Assembly (NCBI RefSeq): GCF_009914755.1
Contig: NC_060933.1
DNA from: the human T2T-CHM13v2.0 reference genome, Homo sapiens
DNA length: 64,000 bases
Reading direction: 5' to 3' (one strand)
This document shows positions 41,537 through 58,523 of the stretch, piece by piece. Position 1 is the stretch's first letter; every line of letters starts with the position of its first letter. The position numbers and the translations under genes were made by a program. Under the pieces are notes generated by a model, which saw nothing but the letters and a program-made list of their open reading frames with translations, made no database searches and was not told where the DNA came from.

Positions 41537-43069
41537 TTCAAAGAGCACTGTTTGTCTCCTCTAATATGGAGAAATGCCACAAATAAGTGGGAAATAATTT
41601 AATGACTGTAGTTCATTTTTAATCATATAGCTGAGTGATATTTTAAGTCTGACAAGAATAGATATTTGAACAAAAATAGCCAATTCTCTGTTACATAATT
41701 TAATACATTTGTGTTAAGAGGTTTAGACAATAAAGTTAATTTTGAAATGCATTATAAATAACTGAGTAATTAGCAATCATTAAGTTTATTTTTAAATAAG
41801 TATTTAGATAACTAATTAGCAATCATTAAGTTCATTTTTAAATAACTGTTTAGTCCACAAAAAATAAAAAATATATTTTAGAAAGGGAGGGCATTCCAAA
41901 ATCTGTCTCAGGAGCATTCAATCTCAAATATATTTTAATGGAGCAGAAATGTAAATACATGTTTAGATAATTTAGGTTAAAAAAGGTAAATTTTGGTTGC
42001 CTGCTTAACTTTTATGAAACAGATATTTTTCATTCAAGTCCAGCATATATTTTGCTATGACTTTCACATCCTTTCCTCAGAGACTATTTACCTAAACATT
42101 AGGGTACCAAAGGAACTAGGAAACAAAAACTTGTTAGAGAGAAAAATTTTAAGTGAGGCACACATTCTGGTGATATTAATTTGTTTTTGACATTTTATTA
42201 ATATTTTGAGAACACTAAGAAAATAAAATCCAAAGGGGCAAGCAGGTATCATTGTCTCAGCCTGGGCCCTCTTTTGTCATCCTCTGTAAGATGGCAGTCA
42301 TCAAAGAGCGTGACCCAAGAAGAAAGTAAAACAGTGGAACAAATGAGCATTTCTCTAAATACAAACAGTAGAGTCCCTGAGAAAGAATCCTTTAAGGCCT
42401 TAGATTTCTTTAAACATTTTTAAATAAATAGTCTGGCCTATGCAGAACAAAATGAAATGGTGATAATGAACAGGATAGTGAAGTTTTGTACTAACTGACA
42501 TAAACGACGAGTTGATTAATGCTTAGGATAGTGTGAAAGAAGAATTGAAAGCAAAATGCAAATCAAAAGAAGAAATACCCAGACAGACTCTTTCCTAAAA
42601 CATGCATCATAAAATATTTAAAAGCATCTGCTTTAATGCATGGGCTGAGTCAAAGTAAGGCAAATTTTCAGATATCTACAAGAGCAAAAAAAGTTTGAAT
42701 CCAGAGGTGTGAGTGTCTCATCTGGCATTTGCCCTGGGGTGTCTCCCAGGAACTATTGGCCCAGAACCATGAGCACCTAATTCAGGAGACAGAGACTGAT
42801 GCCCATGCAGGGAGGAATATAGGCTAAAATGCCTCCTGCATAAATCTAGGATTTCTAAAGAGAAGCATGTTAAGTGGGGCTAGGAAAATCCCACTCCCAT
42901 AAGAAGAAAGTGAAAATCTATGCTTTTCTTGGTTTCAATAGGGTAGACAAGAAAAAAGAAAAAAAAAAGGTAATTTCTAAGTATAAGTCAATAGACATAT
43001 TGGTTTGGATTTGAATTCACACTATCTATGGGCCTGAGAAATACCAGGATGGAAATTAGCCTCTGGCAG

Positions 43070-43496
43070 TGAGAGGTTAGGCCAGCTGCACTTCCTGGGT
43101 CGAGTGCGGACTTGGGGAACTTTCCTGTCCTACAAGGAATTTGTAAAATGCACCAATCAGCCTCTGTAAAACACACCAATCAGCAGGATTCTAAAAGTAG
43201 TCAATAGTGGAGAGGATTGAAAAAAGGGCACTCTGATAAGACAGAAACGCAACATGGGTGGGAAGAAATAAGGGGATAAAAGCTGGCCACCCGCAACCAG
43301 CAGCAGCAACCAGGTGGGGTCACCTTCCAGGGTGTGGAAGTTTTGTTCTTTCGCTCTCAGCAATAAACCTTCCTAGGCTCACTTTTTGGTTCCGTGCCAT
43401 CTTTAAGAACTGTAACACTCACCAGGAAGGTCCACAGCTGCATTCTTGAAGTCAGGGAGACCACGAACCCACCGGAAGGAACCAACTCTGGACACA
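43070..43496 (+). mobile_element. LTR12-family (LTR12F-like, ERV9) solo LTR
   Basis: TGAGAGG..ccagctg.acttcctgggtcgagtg start; tandem caccaatcag CCAAT boxes; AATAAA near 43362; ends aactctggacaca. Confidence 0.85.
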
Positions 43497-43756
43497 GTCC
43501 TGCAAACTAGTTAATCTGAGTACAATCATAAAGAGAAATATATTTTGCACTAATACTGGGAAACAGATTTTGTAACACAGCTTTCATTGTTGTTAAGTGA
43601 AGATAGTATATTTTACAGTAAGCAACACTGGGACCACTGATCTCCATAAGGGAAAAAAATGAAATTGAAACTTAATCCCGGAGAACAAACATAAAAATAT
43701 ATTTTAACGGATAAAGATAGCTTCTCAACATTTTTAGAAAAAAACCTGGGAATAAT

Positions 43757-44055
43757 TATTTTTTTCTTTTTTGAGATGGAGTCGCTCTGTTGCCCAGGCT
43801 GGAGTGCAGTGGCGCGGTCTCGGCTCACTGCAAGCCACCTCCTCTCCCATGTTCATGCCATTCTCCTGCTTGAGCCTCCGGAGTAGCTGGGACTACAGGC
43901 GCCCGCCACCCCGCCTAGACTAATTTTTTGTATTTTTAGTAGAGACAGGGTTTCACCGTGGTAGCGAGGATGGTCTCGATCTCCTGACCTTGTGATCTGC
44001 CCACCTCGGCCTCCCAAAGTGCTGAGATTACAGGCGTGAGCCACCGCGCCCGGCC
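43757..44055 (-). mobile_element. AluY
   Basis: Dimer. Confidence 0.9.
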
Positions 44056-45150
44056 ATATCTTTTATCTTTACATGGGGAAGAAGAACAAACTGAAAGAGG
44101 AAAAATTGATTTGATAACACAAAAATTTAATACTTCTGTTTATTAAAGGATACTGCAATGTGAAAAAAAATACCCAAAACTTGGCAGAGCTATTTGCAAC
44201 ACATCTTACCTAGAAAGGTCTGGTATCCAGAATATGCCTCCTATAAATAAGTGAAAAATAACATGTCTGTTGAGAAGTTAGCACAAATACCCCATAAGCA
44301 TGTAAAAAGTGCTCAACCTCATAATAATCATGAAAATGAAAATTAACAATTAGATATCCTTTCACACATATTGACAATTTTTTTTTTGAAGTTCTGAAAC
44401 GTGTGGTATTGGCACGGATAAAGAACCATGGAAGTATTCATCCCACACACTAAAGTAGGACAGCCATTTGGAAAACAGACAGATGCTGGCTCATACAGCT
44501 GATCATAATGTACCCTATGACCCAGTGACTTCACTACAACCTAGTGCAACCTAGTCAGCCTGTTACAGGCCCCAGAAAAATTCTTGCATTTGTTTACCTA
44601 GAGATATATGAGAATGTTCCCAATTTTAAAAACCTGGAAACAATCTAATTATCTCTCAATATGGGTAGATAGTGGACTGGGTAACTAAATGATCATATAT
44701 TCCGATAATAGAGTACCTCGCAGCACTAAGAGTGAATGAACTGCAGCTATTCACATTCTCAAATACAGCACTGCAATGAGATACTACTGCATGTGTATTA
44801 GAATGGCAAAAATCCAGAACCCTGACAACACCAAATGCTGATGAGGATGTGAAGCAACAGGAGCTCTCATTCAGTGCTGATAGAAATACAAAATGGAGAA
44901 CAGTTTTGTGGCTTCTTAGAAAACTAAATCTACTCTTATTATACGACCCAGCAATCTTGTTTCTTGGTATATATCCAAAGGAGTTGAAAACTTATGTCCA
45001 CACAGAAACCTGCACACAGATGTTTATGGAAGCTTTATTTATAATTGCAAAAACTTGGAGACAAGCAAGATTTCCTTCAGTAGGTGAATTAACAAACTGT
45101 GGTACATCCAGACAATTGAATATCATTCAATGATAAAATAAATGAGCTGT

Positions 45151-45480
45151 TGGCCGGGTGAGATGGCTCACGCTTGTAATCCCAGCACTTTGGGAGGCCG
45201 AGGCAGGCAGATCACGAGGTCAGCACATAGAGACCATCCTGGCTACCACGGTGAAACCCCGTGGCTACTAAAAATACAAAAACTTAGCCAGGTGCAGTGG
45301 CAGGTGCCTGTAGTCCCAGCTACACGGGAGGCTGAGGCAGGAGAATGGCGTGAACCCGGGAGGTGGAGCTTGGCTTGCAGTGAGTGGAGATCACGCCACT
45401 GCCCTCCAGCCTGGGCGACAGAGCAAGACTCCCTCTAAAAAAAAATAAAAAAATAAAATAAATAAAATAAAAAATAAAAA
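45151..45480 (+). mobile_element. AluY
   Basis: Dimer inside L1. Confidence 0.9.
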
Positions 45481-46027
45481 GAGTTGTCAAGCCACGAAAA
45501 GACACAGAGGACACTTATATGCATATTACAAAGTGAAAGAAGCCAATCTAAAATGGCTACATACTGTCACTTCCAACTATATGACCTTTCTGGAAAAGGT
45601 AAAACTATAGAGATAGAAAAAAAAAATCAGTGGTTTCCAGGAGTTAGGAGGAAGAGAGGAATGAATAACTAGAGCACAGAGGATGCGTAGGGCCCTGAAA
45701 GTACATGTATGATATTTTAATAGTGAATACTTGTCATTGTAAATTTGTCCAAGCCCGAGTGTGAACCTTAATGCAAACTATAAGATGTATCATGTATCAT
45801 TAATTGTAACAAATGCAGCACTCTGGTGGGGAGCGTTTATCATGAGAGAAGCTATGCATGTGTGGGGGGCAGGGAGTATATGGGAAATCTATACCTTCTG
45901 CTCAGTTTTGCTGTGAACTTTAAACTGCTCTAAAAAATAATGTGTGTGTACATGTATATATATATATATATATGCATACACATGTTTGTGTGTATGCATA
46001 TCTAATCACAAGAAACAATACATAGTT

Positions 46028-46374
<347 letters not shown>

Positions 46375-47077
46375 CTAAACAATATGCAAGTCTATAATGA
46401 CAAGCAATGGAATGATTAACAGGAAGTTAGGGATAGTGGTTACCTCTTGTGGAAAGAGTGAGTGGCATTGAAGAAGGGCAATGGGAGTTTCTAAGATACT
46501 GGAAATATTCTATTTCATAACCTGAAGGAAGGGCGCATATGCTCATTTTATATTCTTCTTAAGCTGTACACACACACTTTTATATTTATGATCTATTTCA
46601 TTAAGTAACAAGACATATATATGCATTTGTAAATAAGTGAGATTAACACATTTTTGGATACATATAACATATCAAAGTTGACTCAAATAATTAGAAAATC
46701 TAGATGGAAATCATACCATTAAAGTAATTGAGTTAATAATTAATAATTCTACAAAGAAAACATGATGCCTAGATGATGTCACCAGTAGTTCCAATGTTAC
46801 ACTAATAATCTGCGAGGGGAAAAAAGAGAGACCATTCTTTAATTCATATGATACTAGGATAACCTTGCTATGGTGTACCTCATCCATGCACACAGACAAA
46901 TAGTGTAAACAAAATACTAGGAAGTATACCTAGCAAAGTATAAAAACCATGAACAAGCTCGGTTAGTAATGCAAATTTAGTTCAGTGTTAGAAAATCTAC
47001 TGAAATTATCTCCTTATCAACAAATTAAAGACAAAAATTATATGATTGTCTCAAAAGGCCTATAAAATTATTTTACA

Positions 47078-47428
<351 letters not shown>

Positions 47429-48536
47429 TTAACCTGATAAAAGGAGTCGACAAATAACCTACAGCACCTATCATGTTTTGTGATTAAAAATATTGAAATC
47501 ACTCCTTTTAAAATCAAGAAAAAGACAAGAGTACCATTGTCACTAAACTGCTTCCAAAGCTTATATGGAAGAGAAAAGGGCCCAGTATAACTAAGACAAT
47601 CCCATAGAAGACTAAAGTGTGCGAAGGTGGGAGGTGGAGCTTATGTGAGTCTATCTCGTACCAGATTTGCTGTGAAGTTATAATTACCACAGCAGGAATT
47701 GCTATTGTGAAAGTGTATGCTTGTGTGAAATCTTGATGTATGCCCTGGCTAACATTACAGAACAGTCAGAAAGGGTCTATATGAACCATGGTATGAGCAA
47801 TTGGTATCCATATGGGAAAATATCAGAATGCATCTCTATCCCAAAAATGGATCCCTATCACACAAAGGCCAGATCTAAATGGACAAAGGACTTAAATTTG
47901 AGATGCAAATATTTAAAAATCTTTTAGAAGAAAATATAGGAGGGTAACTTATTACATGCCACACCTACTATGTGTACTTTGTACGATGCAAGTGTTGGAT
48001 ATGAGTGTAGTATGTAAGTGTAGATGCCTCTAAGCAGTATATGCATGCTTGCTACTTTACACACGTGAAACACTGGGAATGGGAGCATGAGAGGAAACCC
48101 TAGGTCATTCTGGTCTCCAGACTGCTGCTCCTGCCCAACCCCGGTTCCAGCACTCCCTTCCCCATTCTCCTATCCAGATCCTCTGTTCCAGGCACAGCCA
48201 CTTACAGCAGCTCAAGCCAGTGGCACCCACGGAGAGGCCCTCTTCACCCTACTGCTGGGCTGTCATGTCCCCTTTCTTTTCTTTCTGAAAAACAGTTTTC
48301 TCTGCCTATGACTCCTCATGTTTCACTCTCTCTAAAGCACATGGAAGCCTGGTTCCCTCCTCTGCTTTATCACACCTGTTGCTGTGAGTTCCACTAGTGA
48401 CCCTGCATGACAAATTCGGAGGTTTGCTCCCTTTTGCATAGCGTAAAATGTTTACCTCGTGACATACTTGATAAATACAATTTTATAATTGTTAAGCTAT
48501 CTATATATTCTGTATCTGTTTCAAAAATTATTTATA

Positions 48537-48869
<333 letters not shown>

Positions 48870-51436
48870 TTATTCCATAATATTGCTCTCCATATGTGTA
48901 ATATGTTTCTACTTCACACATAGTTTTGATCAAAGATTAATCTATTGCACAGATATTTTTCTTAGTAATTAATAAAACTCAGCTTGGATTTCTTTAGCTA
49001 GATAAAACACCTTATACTAAGTGAATCAATCAAAGCTCTTTGTTGGAGTGAGATCTGAAAACTTTCGCTCAAGCTGGCTGCCTCAGCTTCACGGCATCAA
49101 ATAATGGAGGGAGAAGTGGAGGCTGACATGCAGCAAGAATGACTGTGTGTGTGCTGGAGAGATATTTTGTTTAATTCATTTACAAGATACTCATGCCACA
49201 CTGCTACGTGCCAAACAGCTGTTCTTGCTACTTGGTAAAAATTAATCAACTAATAGTTGAAAAGTTAATTGTTGTAATGTGACTTCAGTATGGCCAATCT
49301 CCGGGATTGAGAGCCAAAAAAAAGCATCACCATCATGATTGAGAAATGGAGTTACTGGCAGTAATGGAGCAAACCACGATTCTGCACTTGGACACAGAAT
49401 TATTCCTGACAAGATCCTGGCTCCTAACTCTTCCACCAAAACCGAGTCTGCAGCTCCCACACTGAAATGCCGCTCATTTCACCCCAAGTGTGTTCCAGCC
49501 ATTCCTTCTTCTCCTTCCTACCAGCTCTGTAATGTCTCCATCACAATGCTAAGGTCAGGGTCAATGGCACTTCGTTTCAGAAACTTTCTGAGAGCCCTGG
49601 AAAGTAATCTCTTCTTGTTCTTATTCCATGATCTCCTGCACCTTCTTTAAATCACTGATGATCATTTGTGTAGATGAGTTGTCTCCGTGTGTGTCTGACC
49701 TTTCTCCCAGTTGGTGAGTTCTGGAATCCAGGAAGCATTTTAGTAAAGTAATAGTTTTCAGTAATTTAGTTCACCTCTGTGCACCCTACAGCCGTTTCTC
49801 ACATGTTGGGGCTGCCCAGTGAGCACTTGCTGAGGGAAACTGCAGGGAGACTTGCAGGTCAGGTTCACTGAGCCAGAAAGTGAAGCAAACTGAGAGGGCA
49901 AAGTGCAAGACACTGGCTGAAATATATGAACACACTGGGGAAACAAACATCTCCGGCCTCTGTGGAGGCGGAACACAGTCGCTGAGGTCTGTGATTCAGC
50001 AGCACCCACCTGGCAAAGCATGCTCAGCATCGGGCTTCGTTCTCCCATAGTGCTTTCATGGTGAGGAAGAAAAGCTATACATACTAACATGGGCCAGCTG
50101 GAAACCACAGCTATATAGTATTGCTTTTCAGCTTTTCAGCTGGAATTCCGAAAGAACTCTGAGGTCATGTAGAATGCGGCATACTGTTAGATGGGGCCTG
50201 GGTGGGCTTGGTGTTAGAGGACCTGCCCCAGGTCATGGTCTGTGGTGCGGAGGGAGGGTGCGATTTCCCATCCCCTTATCTCTTTGTCCCATCTTTTTTG
50301 CCCTGTACACACATGATTGTCCTCAATATCTTAAGTAGAATCTCCCATATAGCTAAAATTGATATTGGCATCTAAAGTATGCCTAACTTAGCTGAATATT
50401 TGGCCTTTGCCTTTAAAGGATCTGTAAGTTATTGGGATGAGACCAAGGAGAAAAAGGAAGACCATAGATAAGCATAATCTGCCATCCAATAATTTCATGA
50501 CATGCTTATCCTTGGAATAAAGTTGGACTGTTGTCAGGAAACTGTCCCACCATTTTTGTTGCATGTAGAGACCTCCATTGCTATGGCCTCCATTGTAATG
50601 GGCTGTCATTGGGTTTGAAAAAAGTCTACATGTTGATTTTGATGGCAATAAAAGAGTCAGAGGTGCAAGCTGGAGCAAGGTGCTTGCCAAAGCTAGGCCT
50701 TTCCCCTCCCTCAGGAACTGGCAACAAGAGCAAGAGTTAGCTTCCTGAATGTTTGCATTTCAAAGAGACAGCTCTCAGGTCTTTGAGGAGACAATTCTGG
50801 GATGTAGATTTACACTTCAAAGGCAGAGAAAAGATTTATAATTGCAAGCTTTCTAAGGTTCTAAGAGGGGATTCGGGGCTCTACCTGCCCATCACCAGGT
50901 TTTGCCTGAAACAAACAGTAAATTCTCCTTGCAAGTGAGCTTTCTCAGGCAGTCATTTTAAGGAGGGCTGGGGTCATCTGTGGGACATCCTTGTGCTGCT
51001 GGAAGCCTCACTAGAGTTTGGTCCTCTCTTTGGGCAGGGGTTTGGAAGGAGTAGTTAAGTACTGCGAGGCCTGCGTTCTCATGACCAAAGTTCACAAATG
51101 CCCATTTCCTTCTTTCTTTCTTTTTCTTTTTTTTAATATTTAAAAATCTTTATGTGTCTATTAACACCTTTTGGAAATTTCCATCCCTTTCAAACTATGT
51201 TCCAGTCAAACAAAACAAAGTGTGGCCCAGCAGCCCTGGGGAGTCTCTGGGTGAAGGGGAGATGAGCACACAAATGTTGAGAGTTTGAGAACCCCTGGCC
51301 TTGATCTTTATGATAGTTGGTCAAGTGGTCATCAGTGAAATCCACAGGGATTCCCTGAGAGTGTATAGCTTTGGCATGATGGTTGCTGTAATCTGAAGGG
51401 GAAAGTAGAAGTTTACATGTGAGCACTGAAGAAGCT

Positions 51437-51570
51437 TGAGACTGTCTCGCTCTGTCACCCAGGCTGGATGCAGTGGGGCCTTCTGGGCTCACTGCAACCT
51501 CCACAATTCTCCTGCCTCAGCCTCCCCAGTAGCTGGGATTACAGGTGCCTGCCACCACATCTGGCTAATT
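51437..51570 (-). mobile_element. Alu right-arm fragment
   Basis: Partial, with an internal deletion. Confidence 0.8.
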
Positions 51571-52502
51571 ATGTTTTTCTTTAAAATTAGTTTTATTTAA
51601 AAAGTACAAGTAGCATCTTACTTTTACTTTTGCAAAAAGTAAAGAAATGGTGTTTCGTTGCAAAAATTAAACAAATAAATTTTGGATTGTAGAAAATTCA
51701 TTAAAAACTCAAATTTTAATTTATTTAAAATCTATCTGGTGCTGTAAGTGTGGCTATTGGCAGATCTCTTTTTATTTATTTTTATTGATTTATTCATATT
51801 ATCAATAACTAATTTTTAAATTATTATTCGTGAGCCCTTTCCCATGACAGCTTCTTGGAAATTTCTTTCTCTCCCATTAATCTAGTATGATCTCTCAGGC
51901 ATATTTATTTAAAGTTCTTCCTCTCACTATTCCCTTCTTCACCATCATGCCTAGGTTAGTTACAAAGAACTAATTTAATGACCCATTTATTCTGAAGAGA
52001 GGCACAAGAAGTGAAGCTTCTTTCTGAGGCCTGAAGGGATCTCACCTCCTTAAATCTCTGTTTCCCTACCCCTACTTCAGATATTATTGAGACATTATAT
52101 TTTCTTCCTCTACCTTCAGAAACTTCAGTATCAACAGGTCCAGATCTGCCTAAGCCCTCAGATGAGTCTGCAAACAATCATTGTGTCAACATTTGACTCA
52201 TGCCTTGCAGATGATCCCAGGCACCGCTGTCTTAACCTGTGAAAACCGCAAATTCTTGGCACAAACAACTTCTTCTGCACATCCCTCCTCCTCATACATA
52301 CAGTAAGGGACTTGGCCAAATTCCAACACAGCCTCTATCAGCTCAGAGCCACGTCCCTACGATGCCCCATACCCCTCTAAAGCACCTGCCTGGGAACATT
52401 CAATTCTGCCAAAAGAATTTACTGTTTGTCCCACCCAAAACTTGACTATAGGCCCCTGACCTCCCATTTCTAAGAGCCTTAACTTTAGAAAACTTGCAAT
52501 TA

Positions 52503-52810
<308 letters not shown>

Positions 52811-53778
52811 CTGTAGTTATAAACCTTTTCTCTGTCCCTTTAAATCTCCTATAACACAGAATGTCTTTCTCAAAGACTTAGGAGCTATCCCTTTGGACTA
52901 TAAGGATCAAGAAGGATACAGGATTGTCTCCTGGTCTCTGTCTCTGCGTAGGAACCTAACTTTGATAAGCACTATTAGCAAACACAGATGGCCTCATCAC
53001 ATTGACCAACCTTTCCCCAAACATCAGTCCATGCTTTTCCTTTAGCACACTCCAACATTTGCAGAGCCTCTTGCTTTTTGTTTCAGTGGAGTTGAGGCTT
53101 TCTAACATACTATAAATTGATATGTCTACTTATTGATTAGAAGACAGAAATTAATCACTGGATTTCATTATCACGCTGACTTTTAGGATTAAAAGCAGCC
53201 TGTGGTTACAGATGCAACATCTTTACATTTCGAAGAAAAACAGGAGAGATTTGTCTTTGGCTCCTTTGGACCTCACTGAGTAATAGAAAAGAGAGAATTG
53301 AACAGGTTTGGATGATACAGCACAAGTCAGTTTAAAGTTCCAGGCAAAGAAAGCAATGGTTATTTTTCACTCCAGAGAGTGAATCATTCTTTGGGGCCAC
53401 AAAAGAGAAGATTTGAAGAATAAGCAGGGACATCTAGAAGGTGGCTGAGTGTACTCCATCAGGTTAAATTAAGCTATTTTGTTGTTGTTGTTCAAATAGC
53501 TTCCCCACAGGGTACATTTCATATCTAAAGTGCTATTCCCTCTCCCATCATTTTATTACATACGCAATATCTGGCTGAGAACCTCTTTCTTGCCCTCCTT
53601 CTTACTGGTTAAGAACACAGACAGTCCTCTCTTTGCACAGCAGTGCAGGGCCATACAAATCACTATGTAAGCTAAAGATCTGTAAAGTGACCTAAATAAT
53701 CCATGTGAAACATCGACTGTTCTGTGTCATTTAAAAATTTTGGCCAAAACATTAAAAATCTCTTACTGTTGGTTATAA

Positions 53779-54092
<314 letters not shown>

Positions 54093-54696
54093 TGGGAGTA
54101 CTTCATTTTTACACTGTAATTTAAAACATTAAACAACAGCCAATTAAAGTGCTTTATTTATTTATAGACGTGTATCAAGCCCAGTTTGAACAGTGCTTGC
54201 CTCCCTCTTGTCGTATAGCTTATGATAAGGAGCCAGCAGTGTTTCTATGCCTTGGTGAACTGTCGTGCTGTTTTCGGAACAGCATCTAACATTGTCAACG
54301 TCATGCAATATCTACAAGAGTTCCTTTAATATGAAGTTTGTTGCTGTCTTTGCCGGCATCACTTCCTCTGGGGCTTCTTCATCCTTTTCATCACAGCTGC
54401 GTTCCTCATTTATGTCAGAACACTGCGTTGCGCCAAGTTCCTCTTGCTGCGTTTCCTGTGGTGAGCCAATTCTATGATTCCATTTACATTGTATTTGAAT
54501 ACACTTCCAGGGTTATCACATTTTTTATTTCTTTGCTGCACATCAATGGTTGTTGACCAGTTTTTTCTTCTGATTATTCATATTTATAAATGTCACATGG
54601 GTTTCTCACTGGGAGACAAGGAGTCAACACGATTGCAGACTCTGCTGTCTGTGTGCGAACTAGCAGATGCACAGTGAGCAGTCACTGACAGGCTTT

Positions 54697-55161
54697 GAAG
54701 GAGGTGAATTGTGTCCCCCTAAAAAGATATGTTTGAAATCCTAATCCCCAATATCTCAAAATAATATGATCTTATTTGGAAATAGCACATTTACAGAGGT
54801 TCTCAAGTTAAAATGAGGTCATTAGGGTGGGTCCTAATCCAATAGACTAACTGGTGTCTTATAATAAAGGAGAATTTGGATACAGCTCCAGACACACACA
54901 CACAAAAAAGACGATGTGAAGACACATAGAGAAAACAGAGTGATATATCTGTAGATCAGACAACACCAAGGATGGCTGGCAAACCCAAACAGGAAGGAGA
55001 GGGGAAGAAGGATTCTCCCCTAGAGCCAGCAGAGAGCGTGAACCTGCCAACACATTGATTTCTGACTTCTAGCCTCCACAACTACGAGTCAATACATTTC
55101 TGTTGTTTTAAGCAACCCGGCTTTTCATACTTTGTTGCAGCATCCCCACAAGATTAATACA
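54697..55161 (+). mobile_element. MLT1 (MaLR) LTR
   Basis: gaattgtgtccccctaaaaagatatgt ... attaataca. Confidence 0.75.
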
Positions 55162-55721
55162 GTCCCTAATCATGATGCTTGCCTGTTATTTACTCACATA
55201 GGCATTTGTGGAATTAAGAGCTGGGAATGAAGTTTGGATTTTATGCAGTTGCTCACAGTTAGCATATTGTGGTAACTGAAATTGTAACCACGTTTTTGGG
55301 AGACTAGTGCTATTTAACTAAACTATGTTAATTAAACCTGTGCATATTCAAATGTGCAAATCCAGGACTGTTTTTACTTAGTTCAGGTATTTAGAGGGAA
55401 AGAATGTTTGCCTCTTTTCAGGGCCTTAGAGCATGCCCTGTGCCAGCAGGCCCCTTCCACAGCTACTTAACATCTCTTCTCATCTTGCCAGCCACCTCTC
55501 AACTCAGATGACCAGCAAGGCCATCTTTGACTATCAAAATGAAGTAGCCCCTCTCCGCTTTTGACTACGTTCACTTGCTTTATTGTCTTTATAGCATTTT
55601 TATTTACTAAAATAACATTTTTTTCATTACTTGATTTTTTTCTTGATTCAGTACTTCTAAAAAATGCAGATTAAAATTCCAATGACAAACCAAGTTAACT
55701 AATGTTAAAAAGTGTGATACT

Positions 55722-56076
<355 letters not shown>

Positions 56077-58523
56077 CTAATGGGAGCATAAATCGGAAAA
56101 CAGTTCATTTTAACTTAGTGTACAAATCTTTTGACACAATGATTTGAATGTTGGGTTTATACCTTAGAGAAAATCTAACTCTTATGTCCAGGAGACTCAT
56201 ACAAGAAAAGGACATCTACTTTTTGTAACAGAAAAAAATGGATAATAACCCCAATCTAATAAAATGGAATGCTCATTATAGTATTATCCTGTGAAGGAAT
56301 ACTCTAAATCAATGCACAGAAAGTACAGATAAGAATATCATAAGAATGAATCTTACAAATTTAATATTGAACCAAAAAGCAATTTCAGAAAAATATATTC
56401 AGTGTGATCCCATTTGTTTAAACTGAAAAACATGTAAAACAATAATGTTCAATGTCCTTTACTAATGCATTTATTTTGGCAAAATTATAAAGACAAGAAA
56501 TGGGACTAATTAACAGGACAGTGTTAAGGACTCTAAAAATATGGGTAGTTTTTGATTCTTAGGCAGGTAATGTGTACATCAGTGTTCATTTTATTATTTC
56601 TTACGCTGTCTTCATGACTTACACATATTTTGCTAGTTTTAAAACATAAGATGTGATAATAATCTAAACAGACCAAAGGAAAAAAATGAATATGTTAAAA
56701 AAAAGACAGAGAATGAGCCCTGTCTGATAGAAAGCATAACAAAGCAAGTAGAAGAACTCTCACGAATGCTTGATCCAATAAAGCTAGGTTTGTGATCCAC
56801 AACACTTCAGCATTTTAATGTGATTTTTGATGTTTGTTTTTTGCAACGGTGATTCTCAGTTGCCTCCCTCCTATGTCTTTACAAGCTGAAATCAAGTGAA
56901 GCTACTTCTGACTTTTTTTAAAACTAAAACACAACATGAAGGTCTGCGTATTCTTTCACATGTGAACGTATGTGGCACTTTTCCATGATGCAACAGCAGC
57001 GGGTCTCTAGCTAAGCTACAGCAGCAGCTCTAAGAGGCAGAGGACCCTGAAATGAGGCTGAAAGAAAGAATAGTCCATAACTGACATCAGGCAGGCTGCT
57101 GTTGTAAGCAAAGAAAGGAGGCTCACAGGGGCGCGGACTCAGGCCAGGTCAGGCTATTGTGGGAGAACACGGAGCACACGTGTCAGCTGGAAAGGGGCCG
57201 GCTCAGGAGACAAAATAGGCACGAGAGGAAACCGAAAAATTGACATACGTGACTATCCTTGTAGAAATGTATAAAGGTTTGGATTATTTTGCTTATCGAG
57301 TTATAATAAACTTATTCTAAAAATGTTTATGTAAAGTATTATGTACATTTTTGTTTTACCTTATAAAGATTATTTATATTTGAATTGTGTGGTTTTGGAA
57401 TGACAGTATTTATAAAGTTGGTTTTGACATTCTCTACGATGCTTAATGAAGAAACTGACGTTCAAAGAGATTGGTCAATTCCCTGTGGCCAGTGGCTGAG
57501 CTGGGACAGAGTTCAGGTTTTCTGATTCTCAGCCTATGTTGTTTTCTCTTCATTTTAATGTGAACCTAAATAGGTATAGGATCTAGACAAATATGACATG
57601 TAGTGCCTTATTTCTTGTTTTCTCTGTAATGAATGCCAGGTGAGATAACTTTATTTACAAAAGCCCATCCAGTGGCTCAGGTTGCATCTGTAGTTGCCTT
57701 TGAATCATTTATTCAACGTCAGGATGGTAAAGTGAGGAGCTTCCCCAAACTGAAGCAGAGTGGCATTTGTCCCAGGTTGTAGAGTGTTCCCTGCCATAAA
57801 TAAAGACATGCTGGTTCTTGTTATTTATACAGGCACTGGGGTTCCCATTAGCTCTTACATTTCATATGCTTAGAGCAAGAAGCTAGAGAGTGACTTAGGA
57901 TACAGTGTAAAGATAGTAAATTAAGGCAGTTCTGCAAGATTTTTAGGACTTCTTTTTTTCTTCTATTCATCATTTATGAAGTATTCTTGCTGGAAATAGT
58001 TTATGTCTCTCTATCTTGCTGACTGATGAATACTCGGCCAGGATGCTAAAATGTGGTTTCATGAAGTATGTTGTGTTTCTGTCTGTTCTTGTTTCCTTCC
58101 TTGAAATGTGTAAAAGTGAAAAACATATTAATCATAAATCAAGCATTCATCATAAGCCTAAAAAAAGATAAAATAATCAGTAGTATCATTGACTAAAATT
58201 ATTACTCACCAAAAGAAACTCACTCCAAAGTTAGCACAATACTAACAGAGAATCCTAGTTTTGCCAGGAATCACTGAGGCATAGTACCTCACATGGGAAA
58301 CATGGGAAGTAAAACCACCTGAGGAGCCGCTTGATGGTGAGTCAGGCTGTTCCTCGAAGAGCAGGCTGTGACTGCCAAACTTTGTAGGTTAAGGAGTATT
58401 TATAATGATCTTTGAGGAAACTGCAACTGACAATTGAGGAAAAAAAAATGTTAGTTCATGACTGCAAAATACATGACAGAATCACAAAAAGTATTTTACA
58501 AGTTTAAAAAACAAACCTGATGC

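Noticed and set aside
49240-49720. Coding-looking unique sequence with 72-103 aa ORFs
   Set aside because: No recognisable homolog; stops in the frame I translated by hand; cannot be supported without a database search
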